Shown: piece by piece, positions 9,824 to 19,007 of the stretch
Numbering within the stretch: the stretch's first letter is position 1
Layout of the letters: each line of letters starts with the position of its first letter
NCBI GenBank assembly: GCA_019745565.1
Contig: JAIESW010000053.1
Location: 2,024-66,023 of the forward strand
Direction: 5' to 3'
Origin: Burkholderiales bacterium
Lineage (GTDB): Bacteria > Pseudomonadota > Gammaproteobacteria > Burkholderiales > Ga0077523
Length of the DNA stretch: 64,000 bases
Made by a program: the position numbers and the translations under genes
The notes under the pieces: generated by a model
Told to the model about the DNA's origin: nothing
The model's input: the letters and a program-made list of their open reading frames with translations, nothing else
The model's database searches: none

Positions 9824-9913
9824 GCCCCCATCCCAACCTTCCCCCACCGCAGGTGGGGGAAGGGGTGTACGTCCCCTCCCCCGGCTTTGCCGGGGGAGGG
9901 TTAGGGTGGGGGC
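9824..9913. repeat. REP-A copy 4 (90 bp, forward)
   Basis: Near-identical to copy 3; only the loop bases differ. Lies between the divergent ada and OYE genes. Confidence 0.9.
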
Positions 9914-9990
9914 AGCGATATACGCACCAGCGCGGATGCTGCGATGATTGCATCCCTCGATCGACCACTTTCAATTCACCGAATTCCCCC

Positions 9991-11106
9991 ATGCCCAGTC
10001 AGCTCTTTACCCCATTCGCCCTGCGCAAGCTGCAACTCGCCAACCGCATCGTCGTGTCACCCATGTGTCAGTACTCCGCCGCGGAAGGCAATGCCACCGA
10101 CTGGCACACCATCCACCTCGGCACGCTCGCACAGAGTTCCGCCGGACTCGTGCTGATCGAGGCGACCACGGTCAGCCGCGAAGGGCGCATCGCGCCGGGT
10201 TGCCTCGGGCTCTGGAACGATGCGAACGAGGCTGCGCTGAAGCGGGTTGTCGACGCGATCCGGCCCTACGCCACGTCGCCGATCGGCATCCAGCTTTCCC
10301 ATTCCGGTCGCAAGGGTTCCGTCACGGCGCCGTGGCTGGGCGGCAAGGGCTTGCCGACGGCGGAAGGCGGGTGGACGCCGCTTGCACCCTCGGCCATTCC
10401 CTACGATGCCGCCGCCAACTTGCCGCAAGCCATGAGCGCCGCCGACATCGCGCGGATCGTGAACGATTTCGTCGCCGCCGCGCAGCGAGCCGAACGCATC
10501 GGCCTCGACGCGATCGAGCTGCATTGCGCCCACGGCTACCTGCTGCATCAGTTCCTGTCGCCGCTCACCAACAAGCGCACCGATGAATACGGCGGACCGC
10601 TCGTCAATCGCATGCGGCTGCCGCTCACCATCTTCGACGCGATCCGGGCGATCTGGCCCGCCCGCAAGCCGCTCGGCGTGCGGGTCTCGGCCACGGATTG
10701 GATGGAACATGCGGGAGAGCCGTCGTGGACCGTCGAGCAGACCATCGCGTTCGTGCACGAACTGAAGGCGCGAGGCGTGGATTGGATCGACGTGTCGTCG
10801 GGCGGGCTGTCGCCGTTGCAGAAGATACCGCTCGGTCCCGGCTATCAGTTGCCGTTCGCCGAGCGCGTGAAGCGCGAGACCGGCGTCACCACCATCGGCA
10901 TCGGCCTCATCACGGAAGCATCCATGGCGGAAGCGGCCATCGCGAACGGTCAGGCCGACATGGTCGCGCTGGCCCGAGGCTTCCTCTGGAATCCGCGCTG
11001 GGTTTGGCAGGCCGCGGCGGAACTCGGGGCCGCGGTGCTGCCGCCGCCGCAGTACCGGCGCGCACCGCCCGCCGAGCAGGCGAAGGTGTTCGCGCCATTG
11101 TCATGA
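9991..11106 (+). CDS. NADH:flavin oxidoreductase, Old Yellow Enzyme family
   Basis: Start trimmed to MPSQLFTPF (the upstream part of the ORF is REP translation). Motifs RIVVSPMCQY and HCAHGYLLHQFLSPLTNKRTDEYGG. Confidence 0.9.
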   Translation: MPSQLFTPFALRKLQLANRIVVSPMCQYSAAEGNATDWHTIHLGTLAQSSAGLVLIEATTVSREGRIAPGCLGLWNDANEAALKRVVDAIRPYATSPIGIQLSHSGRKGSVTAPWLGGKGLPTAEGGWTPLAPSAIPYDAAANLPQAMSAADIARIVNDFVAAAQRAERIGLDAIELHCAHGYLLHQFLSPLTNKRTDEYGGPLVNRMRLPLTIFDAIRAIWPARKPLGVRVSATDWMEHAGEPSWTVEQTIAFVHELKARGVDWIDVSSGGLSPLQKIPLGPGYQLPFAERVKRETGVTTIGIGLITEASMAEAAIANGQADMVALARGFLWNPRWVWQAAAELGAAVLPPPQYRRAPPAEQAKVFAPLS

Positions 11107-11229
11107 TCCTTCCCCGGACCCTTCTCGAGAAAGAGAACGGAAAGCGCTGCAACGATTCCGCATGACCGAGGTCTGCATTGAAGAGGATGCCCGTGGCGGG
11201 CATCCGCAAACCGACGAAAGGAAACGACC

Positions 11230-11667
11230 ATGATCGAGAAGACCGCCGGCGTGCATTGGGAAGGTGCGGGCAAGAAGGGTGTGGGCAAGATCAGCACCCA
11301 GACCGGTGCCCTGAAGGACTATCCCTACGGTTTCGGCAGCCGCTTCGAGGACGACCGGCGCGGCACCAATCCGGAAGAGATTCTCGGTGCTGCTCACGCC
11401 GCGTGCTTCACCATGGCCTTCTCGTTCGCGTGCGACAAGGCCGGGTTCGCGACGACCTCCATCGACACCGAAGCGAAGGTGCGCCTCACGCAGGTGGGCG
11501 ACGGCTTCGTCATCGACCGCATCCAGCTGCGATTGACCGCAAGCATTCCGAACATCGACGAGGCGACGTTCCAGCAACTCGCCGAGGGTGCGAAGCGCGG
11601 ATGTCCCGTGTCGAAGGCGCTCGCCGGCGTGCCCGAGGTCACGTTGACCGCGACGCTGCAGCGCTGA
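11230..11667 (+). CDS. osmC: OsmC-family peroxiredoxin
   Basis: 145 aa with NPEEILGAAHAACF and AKRGCPVSKAL, the two conserved Cys contexts. Confidence 0.9.
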   Translation: MIEKTAGVHWEGAGKKGVGKISTQTGALKDYPYGFGSRFEDDRRGTNPEEILGAAHAACFTMAFSFACDKAGFATTSIDTEAKVRLTQVGDGFVIDRIQLRLTASIPNIDEATFQQLAEGAKRGCPVSKALAGVPEVTLTATLQR

Positions 11668-11748
11668 GGGTCCTTCGCGGGCTTCTCGTCGTACCGCTCG
11701 GTCCGCGAGCCTGCGGTACTACCGATGCCGGTTCGTGGTCGGGCGCGA

Positions 11749-11985
11749 TCAGGTCGGGAGCGACATCTTCCGGAACGCGATGGAAAACCGGTTCCACGCG
11801 TTGACGGCGCCGATGGCCACGGTGAGATCGACGATCTCGCGGTCGGTAATGTGCGTGGCCAGCCGCTCGAGGTCCTCGTCCGGCGCGTGGGTCTTGCGGA
11901 TCAGCGTCAGCGCCTCGGTCCATGCCAGTGCGGCGCGCAGGGGACTGATCGAACGCTGAGCGCGGGTGATGGGGCGAGCCGTCAC
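11749..11985 (-). pseudogene. C-terminal fragment of a carboxymuconolactone decarboxylase/AhpD-like protein
   Basis: 78 codons resembling the C-terminal half of the family only (ALAWTEALTLI...IVDLTVAIGAVNAWNRFSIAF). An in-frame TGA sits 10 codons upstream of the GTG, and I see no N-terminal CxxC part. Confidence 0.45.
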
Positions 11986-12058
11986 CGCTCCATCGCGTTG
12001 CGGCGGCCAAGCGGGTCACGCTGCATTGCAGCGTCATGATCGGCGGCCGAAATCTTCC

Positions 12059-12242
12059 GTTTACTAAACATTCGCCATGGCCGATCGGGCTCGGCAGCCG
12101 GGTGCTCGCCCCGTGGCGGATTAGTCTCACTCTCCTATGTGCGGCGCAACATGACAGTGGTGCAGGCAGGCCGGCCACCGGTCGAGCGTTGACAGGTCCG
12201 ATCGTTTAGTAGCAGGCTTTTACTAAACAGCTTCACTAAACA
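12059..12242. promoter_or_regulatory. Cluster of AT-rich ACTAAAC(A)/GTTTAGT motifs (candidate operator array)
   Basis: gtttactaaaca 12059-12070; gtttagta 12204-12211 inverted to tactaaac 12221-12228; cactaaaca 12234-12242. About 130 nt upstream of the ABC binding-protein gene. Confidence 0.4.
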
Positions 12243-12369
12243 AACAATCGGGTCGAAGGGGGAGGAGCAGGCAGTGCCCTCCGGGATCCTCTCAAGGTTG
12301 CCGAGCCGAGTTCCGGCGCATCTGCGACGGCGGCGCGGCGGTGGTCCAACACTCTGGAGGAGTAGACAC

Positions 12370-13698
12370 ATGCTCAAGCTGAAGCAGGTGGCCGTCGGCG
12401 CGGCAGCGCTCGGCCTCGCGTCGTTGGCGGCCACGCCGGCCTTCGCGCAGAACAAGCAGATCACGCTGTGCTGGGCAGCCTGGGATCCGGCCAACGCGCT
12501 GGTGGAGCTGTCCAAGGACTTCACCGCGAAGAGCGGCATCCAGATGAAGTTCGAGTTCGTGCCCTGGCCGAACTTCGCCGACCGGATGCTGAACGAGCTG
12601 AACTCGAAGGGAAAGCTGTGCGACCTGCTGATCGGTGACAGCCAGTGGATCGGCGGCTCGGCGGAGAACGGCCACTACGTCAAGCTGAACGACTTCTTCG
12701 ACAAGAACGGCATCAAGATGACCGACTTCGCGCCGGCCACCGTGTATGCCTACTCCACCTGGCCGAAGGGCTCGCCCAACTACTGGGCGCTGCCGGCCAT
12801 GGGCGATGCGAACGGCTGGGTGTATCGCAAGGACTGGTTCGCGAAGCCCGAGCTCAAGGCCGAGTTCAAGAAGAAGTACAGCCGCGATCTCGCGCCGCCC
12901 AAGACCTGGACCGAATTGAAGCAGGTCGCGGAGTTCTTCCAGGGCCGCGAGATCGACGGGAAGAAGGTGTACGGTGCCGCGATCTTCACCGAACGCGGTT
13001 CGGAGGGCATCACGATGGGCGTGACCGGTGCCCTGTACGCCTGGGGCTTCCAGTACGACGATCCGAAGAAGCCGTACCACATGGAAGGCTTCGTGAACTC
13101 GAAGGATGCGGTCGCCGCGCTCGAGTTCTACAAGTCGCTCTACAAGTGTTGCACCCCGCCCGGCTACACCAACGCGTACATGCAGGAAGGCCTCGACGCG
13201 TTCAAATCCGGCCAGGCCGCGATGATGATGAACTGGTTCGCCTTCTTCCCCGGCCTGTACAAGGACGAGAAAGTGGGCGGCGAGCACATCGGCTTCTTCG
13301 TGAACCCGGGGCAAAAGGTGGAAGCCTCGACGCTCGGCGGTCAGGGCATCTCCGTGGTGTCGTACTCGGCGAACAAGGACGCCGCGCTGCAGTACATCAA
13401 GTGGTTCGCGCAGCCGGACGTGCAGAAGAAGTGGTGGTCGCTGGGCGGCTATTCGTGCCACAAGGCCGTGCTGGGCGATCCGAACTTCCCCAAGACCGCA
13501 CCGTTCGCCGCCGACTTCCTGAAGGCCATGAACGGCGTGAAGGACTTCTGGCAGGAGCCGGCTTACGCGCAACTGCTGCAGGCCATGCAGAAGCGGGTGC
13601 ATGACTACGTCGTGGCCGACAAGGGCACGGCGAAGGAGGCGCTCGACCTGCTGGTGAAGGATTGGGAGAAGGTGTTCAAGGAAGAAGGGAAGTTGTAA
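12370..13698 (+). CDS. ABC transporter extracellular solute-binding protein (sugar/polyol family 1)
   Basis: Start at MLKLKQVAVGAAALGLASLAATPAFAQ (GGAGG lies 9 nt upstream). Has a signal peptide. First gene of the cluster. Confidence 0.9.
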   Translation: MLKLKQVAVGAAALGLASLAATPAFAQNKQITLCWAAWDPANALVELSKDFTAKSGIQMKFEFVPWPNFADRMLNELNSKGKLCDLLIGDSQWIGGSAENGHYVKLNDFFDKNGIKMTDFAPATVYAYSTWPKGSPNYWALPAMGDANGWVYRKDWFAKPELKAEFKKKYSRDLAPPKTWTELKQVAEFFQGREIDGKKVYGAAIFTERGSEGITMGVTGALYAWGFQYDDPKKPYHMEGFVNSKDAVAALEFYKSLYKCCTPPGYTNAYMQEGLDAFKSGQAAMMMNWFAFFPGLYKDEKVGGEHIGFFVNPGQKVEASTLGGQGISVVSYSANKDAALQYIKWFAQPDVQKKWWSLGGYSCHKAVLGDPNFPKTAPFAADFLKAMNGVKDFWQEPAYAQLLQAMQKRVHDYVVADKGTAKEALDLLVKDWEKVFKEEGKL

Positions 13699-13701
13699 GT
13701 C

Positions 13702-13854
13702 GTTCGAGTGTACGCGGCGACCCTTCGGGCGCGCCGCACGTGCACTCGAACGAGGTTGTGGTGCACACGAGGCTTGGGGCGGCCCGGCGCCTCGTGTGTG
13801 ATCAAAGGCTGATCCCCCCTCTCCCCTGGCCCCTCTCCCCCAGGGGAGAGGGGG
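13702..13854 (+). repeat. Three consecutive stem-loops, the last a CCCCCTCTCCCC/GGGGAGAGGGGG REP-B-type hairpin
   Basis: Arms 13702-13719/13732-13751 (bulged), 13764-13773/13789-13798 (10 bp perfect) and 13815-13826/13843-13854 (12 bp perfect). Confidence 0.7.
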
Positions 13855-13898
13855 ATGGCTGACGGGTACGTGGGTCTTGGTCGTGTGACTATCGAGGA

Positions 13899-14882
13899 AT
13901 GGCGCAGGAACCTGGCGGAGACATGAACGACGTTGCCAAAGCGAGCTTCATCGAGCGCGCGGCTACCGCTACGCCGGCGCCGGTCGCGCGGGTGATCAAG
14001 GGGCTCTCGGATCGGGCCATTGCGTGGTTGTTCATCTCGCCCACGATCATCCTGCTGCTCGCGATCAATATCTTTCCGTTGATCTGGACCATCCAGCTGT
14101 CCTTTACCAACTACCGCGCGAACCGCCCCAATGCGGAGGTGAAGAACATCGGGATCGACCACTTCCAGTCGATCCTGACCGATCCGGACGTGTGGGCGGC
14201 CATGCAGGCCACGGCGCATTTCGTGTTCTGGACCATCCTCATCCAGACCGTGCTCGGGTTCGCGCTCGCGTATCTGGTGGATCGCCGCTTCCGGGGGCAT
14301 GGGTTCTGGACCACCGTCATCCTCATTCCGATGATGTTGTCGCCTGCGGTGGTCGGCAACTTCTGGGCGTTCCTGTACCAGCCGCAGATCGGACTGTTCA
14401 ACTACGTCATCTCGTTCTTCACGGGGCTCGATCCGTCGTCGTTCGAGATGATCGGATCGGTGAAGCTGGCGCCCTGGGCCATCGTCCTCGTGGACACGTG
14501 GATGTGGACGCCGTACGTGATGCTGATCTGCCTCGCGGGGCTGCGCTCCATTCCCGAATACATCTACGAGGCGGCGGAGGTGGACCGCGCGTCGAAGTGG
14601 CGCCAGTTCTGGACCATCACGCTGCCGATGGCGCTGCCGTTCATCATGCTGGCGGTGCTGTTCCGCGGCATCGAGAACTTCAAGATGTTCGACCTGGTGA
14701 ATCTGCTCACCAACGGCGGCCCGGGGTCGACGACGGAGGTGGCGTCGATCACGCTGAAGCGTGAAGCCTTCGAGAAATGGCGCACCGGCTATTCGTCGGC
14801 TTTCGCCATCATCCTGTTCGTCACCGTGTTCGGGCTGGCGAACATCTACGTGAAGGCGCTGAACAAGGTAAAGAGCCGATGA
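13899..14882 (+). CDS. ABC transporter permease (MalF/UgpA-like)
   Basis: Multi-span, 327 aa. An alternative start is ATG 13923 (MNDVAKASF). Confidence 0.9.
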   Translation: MAQEPGGDMNDVAKASFIERAATATPAPVARVIKGLSDRAIAWLFISPTIILLLAINIFPLIWTIQLSFTNYRANRPNAEVKNIGIDHFQSILTDPDVWAAMQATAHFVFWTILIQTVLGFALAYLVDRRFRGHGFWTTVILIPMMLSPAVVGNFWAFLYQPQIGLFNYVISFFTGLDPSSFEMIGSVKLAPWAIVLVDTWMWTPYVMLICLAGLRSIPEYIYEAAEVDRASKWRQFWTITLPMALPFIMLAVLFRGIENFKMFDLVNLLTNGGPGSTTEVASITLKREAFEKWRTGYSSAFAIILFVTVFGLANIYVKALNKVKSR

Positions 14883-15835
14883 GCCGCGGCATTTCCCACG
14901 CCCATTCGATCGTCGAGCCGGGGCCGATCTCGCGCAACGTCGCGGGCGTCATCGTGATCGTCTATGCGATCGTGGCGCTGGTGCCGCTCGCATGGATCTT
15001 CCTCACCTCCATCAAGACACCGCCCGATTCCATCAGCTATCCGCCCAAGGTGATCTTCGATCCGTCGCTGGAGGGCTACTGCAACCTGTTCACGACGCGG
15101 TCGCGGCAGACCGCGGAGTACCTGCAGACCCTGGCGCCGCCGTCCGGCGTGTGCGAGAAGATCGCGCGCGATCGCAACATGGTGATCGTGGGGCCGTCGA
15201 ACTACGCGCCACGGTTCCTCAACTCGCTGGTCATCGCCTTCGGCTCCACGGCGCTGTCGGTACTGCTCGGCACGGCGGCGGCCTACGGCTTCTCGCGTTT
15301 CAAGGTGCCGCTCAAGGACGACCTGCTGTTCTTCATCCTGTCCACACGGATGATGCCGCCCATCGCCGTGGCGATCCCGATCTTCCTGATGTATCGCGAG
15401 CTGGGACTGTCGGACACCAAGCTCGGCATGATCCTGCTCTACACCGCGGTCAACGTGTCGCTCGCGGTATGGCTGCTGAAGGGCTTCATCGACGAGATTC
15501 CGCGCGAGTACGAGGAAGCGGCGATGATCGACGGCTACACCCGGCTGCAGGCCTTCTTCCGCGTCGTGCTGCCCCAGGCTACGACGGGGATTGTGGCCAC
15601 CGCGATCTTCTGCCTGATCTTCGCGTGGAACGAGTACGCGTTTGCCGTGCTGCTCACGTCCGGAGAGGCTCAGACGGCGCCGCCGTTCATCCCGACCATC
15701 ATCGGCGAGGGTGGGCAGGACTGGCCGGCCGTGGCCGCCGGGACGACGCTGTTCCTGGTGCCTATCCTCGTGTTCACCGTGTTGCTGCGCAAGCAGCTCC
15801 TGCGCGGCATCACCTTCGGAGCGGTGCGCAAATGA
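14879..15835 (+). CDS. ABC transporter permease (MalG/UgpE-like)
   Basis: Start MSRGISH overlaps the upstream stop (ATGA). EAA-like region DEIPREYEEAAMIDG. Confidence 0.9.
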   Translation: MSRGISHAHSIVEPGPISRNVAGVIVIVYAIVALVPLAWIFLTSIKTPPDSISYPPKVIFDPSLEGYCNLFTTRSRQTAEYLQTLAPPSGVCEKIARDRNMVIVGPSNYAPRFLNSLVIAFGSTALSVLLGTAAAYGFSRFKVPLKDDLLFFILSTRMMPPIAVAIPIFLMYRELGLSDTKLGMILLYTAVNVSLAVWLLKGFIDEIPREYEEAAMIDGYTRLQAFFRVVLPQATTGIVATAIFCLIFAWNEYAFAVLLTSGEAQTAPPFIPTIIGEGGQDWPAVAAGTTLFLVPILVFTVLLRKQLLRGITFGAVRK

Positions 15836-16026
15836 CGACGACCACGAAATCGTCCTGGCCGCGCTGGCTGCGCCGTGGGCCGATGGAGAACGTGGCGACG
15901 GTGTTGATCGCAGCAGGCGTGTTGATGCTGCTGCAGTCGTTTTCGATGACGTTGTACACCTACTCGTTCATCACGACCCTGGTGGGGACGGCGATGTTCG
16001 TGGTGGTGTCGAAGTTTCCGGAGTGA
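15832..16026 (+). CDS. Small integral membrane protein (DUF2160-like accessory component of glycerol-type ABC transporters)
   Basis: 64 aa, MTTTTKSSWPRWLRRGPMENVATVLIAAGVLMLLQSF...VGTAMFVVVSKFPE, with two hydrophobic spans. ATGA overlap with the permease stop. The family call is from memory. Confidence 0.6.
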   Translation: MTTTTKSSWPRWLRRGPMENVATVLIAAGVLMLLQSFSMTLYTYSFITTLVGTAMFVVVSKFPE

Positions 16027-16059
16027 GGGGCGGATGATTTCGTCAAGAGAACTGACGTT

Positions 16060-16149
16060 GCCCCCATCCCAACCTTCCCCCGGCAAAGTCGGGGGAAGTG
16101 GTGTGCATCCCCTCCCCCGGCTTTGCCGGGGGAGGGTTAGGGTGGGGGC
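16060..16149. repeat. REP-A copy 5 (90 bp, forward), intra-operon
   Basis: gcccccatcccaaccttcccccggcaaagtcgggggaag...gggggagggttagggtgggggc. Ends 8 nt before ATG 16158. Confidence 0.9.
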
Positions 16150-16157
16150 CGGCGACC

Positions 16158-17258
16158 ATGGCTGAAATCCGCGTCGAAAACCTCCACAAGGCCTTCGGCA
16201 CCTTCACGGCCGTGCGCGATTCCACCTTCACGGTGCGCAACGGCGATTTCTTCTGCCTGCTCGGGCCGTCCGGCTGCGGCAAGACCACCACGCTGCGCAT
16301 GATCGCGGGACTCGAGCTGCCGACCTCGGGACGCATCCTGCTGGGCAAGGAGGACGTCACCTTCAAGCAGGCCTCGGCCCGCGACATCGCCTTCGTGTTC
16401 CAGCTCTTCGCCCTCTATCCGCACATGAACGTGCGCGCGAACATCTCCTACCCGCTGCGTTCGCAGGGCATGGTCCGCAGCGAAGTGCAGCGGCGGGTGG
16501 AGGAGGCGGCCAGGACGCTGCGCATCACCCATCTGCTGGACCATCCGGTGTCCGGGCTGTCCAGCGGCGACCGGCAACGGGTTGCTCTGGGTCGCGCCAT
16601 CGTGCGCGAGCCGCTCGCCTTCCTGATGGACGAGCCGCTCGGCGCTCTCGATGCCGAATTCCGCGAACTGATGTGCGGCGAGCTGCGGGCCCTGCACGAC
16701 CGGCTGGGTGCGACCACGGTGTACGTGACCCACGATCAGCTCGAAGCGATGTCCATGGCGGACACCATCGCGGTGATGAACCAGGGCGTAATCGAGCAGC
16801 TGGGGTCGCCGCAGGAGATCTACGATCGGCCGGCGTCGCTGTTCGTGGCGGACTTCATCGGCTCGCCGCCCATGAACCTGCTGCGCTTCGAGGGCAAGGT
16901 GGGGCGGGGCGATCGCAGCGTGCGTGTCGGCGGCGCCGAGATCGCGGTGCCTGAGCTCCACGAGGACGCCGCGCCGGGTGAGCTGGTGCTCGGCGTGCGT
17001 CCGGAGCACGTCCGCCTCAATGGCGATGCACCGTATCGGGCACGCGTGATCGACAGCGAGTACCTCGGCACGACCCAGATCGTCACGCTCGCTTCCGCCG
17101 ACGGCGCAGGCCTCAAAGCGCGCTTGCCTTCCGACTTCGCGGTGCAGGCCGGTGACCACGTGGGGTTGACCTTTCACGCCGACAAGCTCTCCCTCTTCGA
17201 CGGTCGTTCCGGTCGTGCGCTGCAGACCCGTCTCCATGCGGAGGCCGCCCGTGGCTGA
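16158..17258 (+). CDS. ABC transporter ATP-binding protein (MalK/UgpC-like), first of two
   Basis: Start MAEIRVENLHKAFG. Walker A GPSGCGKTT, LSSGDRQR, FLMDEPL. Confidence 0.9.
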   Translation: MAEIRVENLHKAFGTFTAVRDSTFTVRNGDFFCLLGPSGCGKTTTLRMIAGLELPTSGRILLGKEDVTFKQASARDIAFVFQLFALYPHMNVRANISYPLRSQGMVRSEVQRRVEEAARTLRITHLLDHPVSGLSSGDRQRVALGRAIVREPLAFLMDEPLGALDAEFRELMCGELRALHDRLGATTVYVTHDQLEAMSMADTIAVMNQGVIEQLGSPQEIYDRPASLFVADFIGSPPMNLLRFEGKVGRGDRSVRVGGAEIAVPELHEDAAPGELVLGVRPEHVRLNGDAPYRARVIDSEYLGTTQIVTLASADGAGLKARLPSDFAVQAGDHVGLTFHADKLSLFDGRSGRALQTRLHAEAARG

Positions 17259-18261
17259 GATCCGGCTGGAAGGCGTGTCGAAACGTTTCGGCGCCGTGGA
17301 TGCGGTGCAGGGCCTCGATCTCGATGCCCGCGACGGCGAGTTCATCGTGCTGCTGGGTCCCACGGGGGCGGGAAAGACCACTACACTTCGGCTGGTAGCG
17401 GGTCTCGAGAAGCCCGACGTCGGGCGCGTGTACATCGGTGGCCGTGACGTCACCGAGACTACCCCCGCGCCGCGCGATGTCTCGTTCGTGTTCCAACAGT
17501 ATTCGCTCTACCCGCATCTGTCCGTGTACGACAATCTGGCTTTCCCGTTGCGTGCGCCCGCGCGCAAGCTCCCGGAACGCGAGATCGAAGCGCGCGTGCG
17601 CGAGATCGCCGGACTGCTCCATATCGAGGACAAGCTGGGCAACCGGGCGACCCAGCTCTCCGGCGGCCAGATGCAGCGGGTCGCCATCGGCCGCGCGCTG
17701 GTGCGCAAGCCCACTGTCTACCTGATGGACGAGCCCTTGTCGTCGCTCGATGCCAAGCTGCGTGCCGAGCTGCGGGTGGAACTGAAGCGCATCCAGCGCG
17801 AACTGGGTGCCACCATCCTGTACGTGACCCACGACCAGACCGAGGCCATGACCATGGCCACGCGGATCGGCGTGCTCGATCGCGGCCGGCTGGTGCAGGT
17901 AGGCAGCCCGCGCGACATCTACGAAGACCCGATGAACATCTACGTGGCGACGCGGCTGGGCAGCCCCACGATCAACCTGGTGCCGCGCAGCGTGTTCGCC
18001 GAAATGGCGGCGCCGACCGCGACGGTCACCATCGGTGTGCGCACCGAGCACGTCCGCATCCGGCGCAACCCTTCCGGCGCGGGGCGCGTGAAGCGGGTCG
18101 AGCACCTCGGCGATCAGAACCACCTGCACGTGACGGTGCTGGGCACCGACGTGGTGGTATTGACCGATCCCGAGGAGCGGCTCGCAGTCGGCGACACGGT
18201 CAGCCTGGAGCTCACCGCTCCGTTGTTCTTCGGCGCCGACGGGGCGAGAGTCAGACACTGA
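17251..18261 (+). CDS. ABC transporter ATP-binding protein, second of two
   Basis: GTG 17251 is preceded by GGAGG at 6-nt spacing and overlaps the upstream stop. GPTGAGKTT, LSGGQMQR, YLMDEPL. Confidence 0.9.
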   Translation: MAEIRLEGVSKRFGAVDAVQGLDLDARDGEFIVLLGPTGAGKTTTLRLVAGLEKPDVGRVYIGGRDVTETTPAPRDVSFVFQQYSLYPHLSVYDNLAFPLRAPARKLPEREIEARVREIAGLLHIEDKLGNRATQLSGGQMQRVAIGRALVRKPTVYLMDEPLSSLDAKLRAELRVELKRIQRELGATILYVTHDQTEAMTMATRIGVLDRGRLVQVGSPRDIYEDPMNIYVATRLGSPTINLVPRSVFAEMAAPTATVTIGVRTEHVRIRRNPSGAGRVKRVEHLGDQNHLHVTVLGTDVVVLTDPEERLAVGDTVSLELTAPLFFGADGARVRH

Positions 18262-18263
18262 CC

Positions 18264-18872
18264 ATGGATCAGACTACCCTGAAGCAGCTCATCGTCGCAG
18301 TCGCCGAGTCGGTGATCGCGCATGCGGAGGAGCTGACGACGCTGGATCAGGCGATCGGGGACGGCGATCACGGCCTCAACATGAAGCGCGGGTTCGAAGC
18401 CGTGCTGGCCGAAGTGGACAAGACTTCAGCGTTGCCTCCTTCGGACGCCTTGAAGGCCGCCGGCATGGCGCTCGTCATGAAGGTGGGTGGGGCTTCCGGA
18501 CCGTTGTACGGCACGCTGTTCATGGGCCTGGGCAAGGCTTGGCCGGCGACCGTCGACCAGGCGGGACTGGCCGACGCTTTCACCGCGGCGATCGATGCCG
18601 TGAAGGCACGCGGCAAATCGGAACCCGGCATGAAGACCATGCTCGACGTGCTCGTGCCGCTGGCTGCGGAATTGCGAAACGGCGCCGATCTCGCACAGCT
18701 CCGGGCCACGGCGACCGCGGCCGCCGATGCAACCGTGCCGATGAAAGCGATCCGCGGCCGCGCGTCGTTCCTGGGAGAACGCAGCGTGGGGCACATGGAT
18801 CCCGGCGCACGGTCGTCGAGCCTGATCCTGCATGCGATTGCCGATGTTCTCGAGGAGCAGCACGTCGCATGA
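18264..18872 (+). CDS. dhaL: Dihydroxyacetone kinase ADP-binding subunit DhaL
   Basis: 202 aa with LDQAIGDGDHGLNMKRGF and GGASGPLYG motifs. Confidence 0.9.
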   Translation: MDQTTLKQLIVAVAESVIAHAEELTTLDQAIGDGDHGLNMKRGFEAVLAEVDKTSALPPSDALKAAGMALVMKVGGASGPLYGTLFMGLGKAWPATVDQAGLADAFTAAIDAVKARGKSEPGMKTMLDVLVPLAAELRNGADLAQLRATATAAADATVPMKAIRGRASFLGERSVGHMDPGARSSSLILHAIADVLEEQHVA

Positions 18873-18916
18873 AGCATCTCGCGATACAGGTGGTGGTCGA
18901 AAGGATGATCGCCGCA

Positions 18917-19007
18917 GCCCCCACCCTAACCCTCCCCCGGCAATGCCGGGGGAGGGGATGTACACCCCTTCCCCCAACTTCAGTTGGGGGAAGGTCGGGA
19001 TGGGGGC
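18917..19007. repeat. REP-A copy 6 (91 bp, reverse), between dhaL and dhaM
   Basis: gcccccaccctaaccctcccccggcaatgccgggggagg...ccttcccccaacttcagttgggggaaggtcgggatgggggc. Confidence 0.9.

Noticed and set aside
9771-9992. Short ORFs encoding PHPNLPPP / GEGV / GLGWG peptides (also 2862-3071, 2892-3143, 4096-4332, 3894-4199, 16043-16387, 22645-22845, 22663-22896).
   Set aside because: They are translations of the REP-A repeat in various frames and strands, not independent genes.
12189-12194. TTGACA hexamer as the -35 element of the transporter operon promoter.
   Set aside because: No acceptable -10 hexamer lies at 16-18 nt spacing (gcaggc), so I could not support a promoter call from sequence alone.
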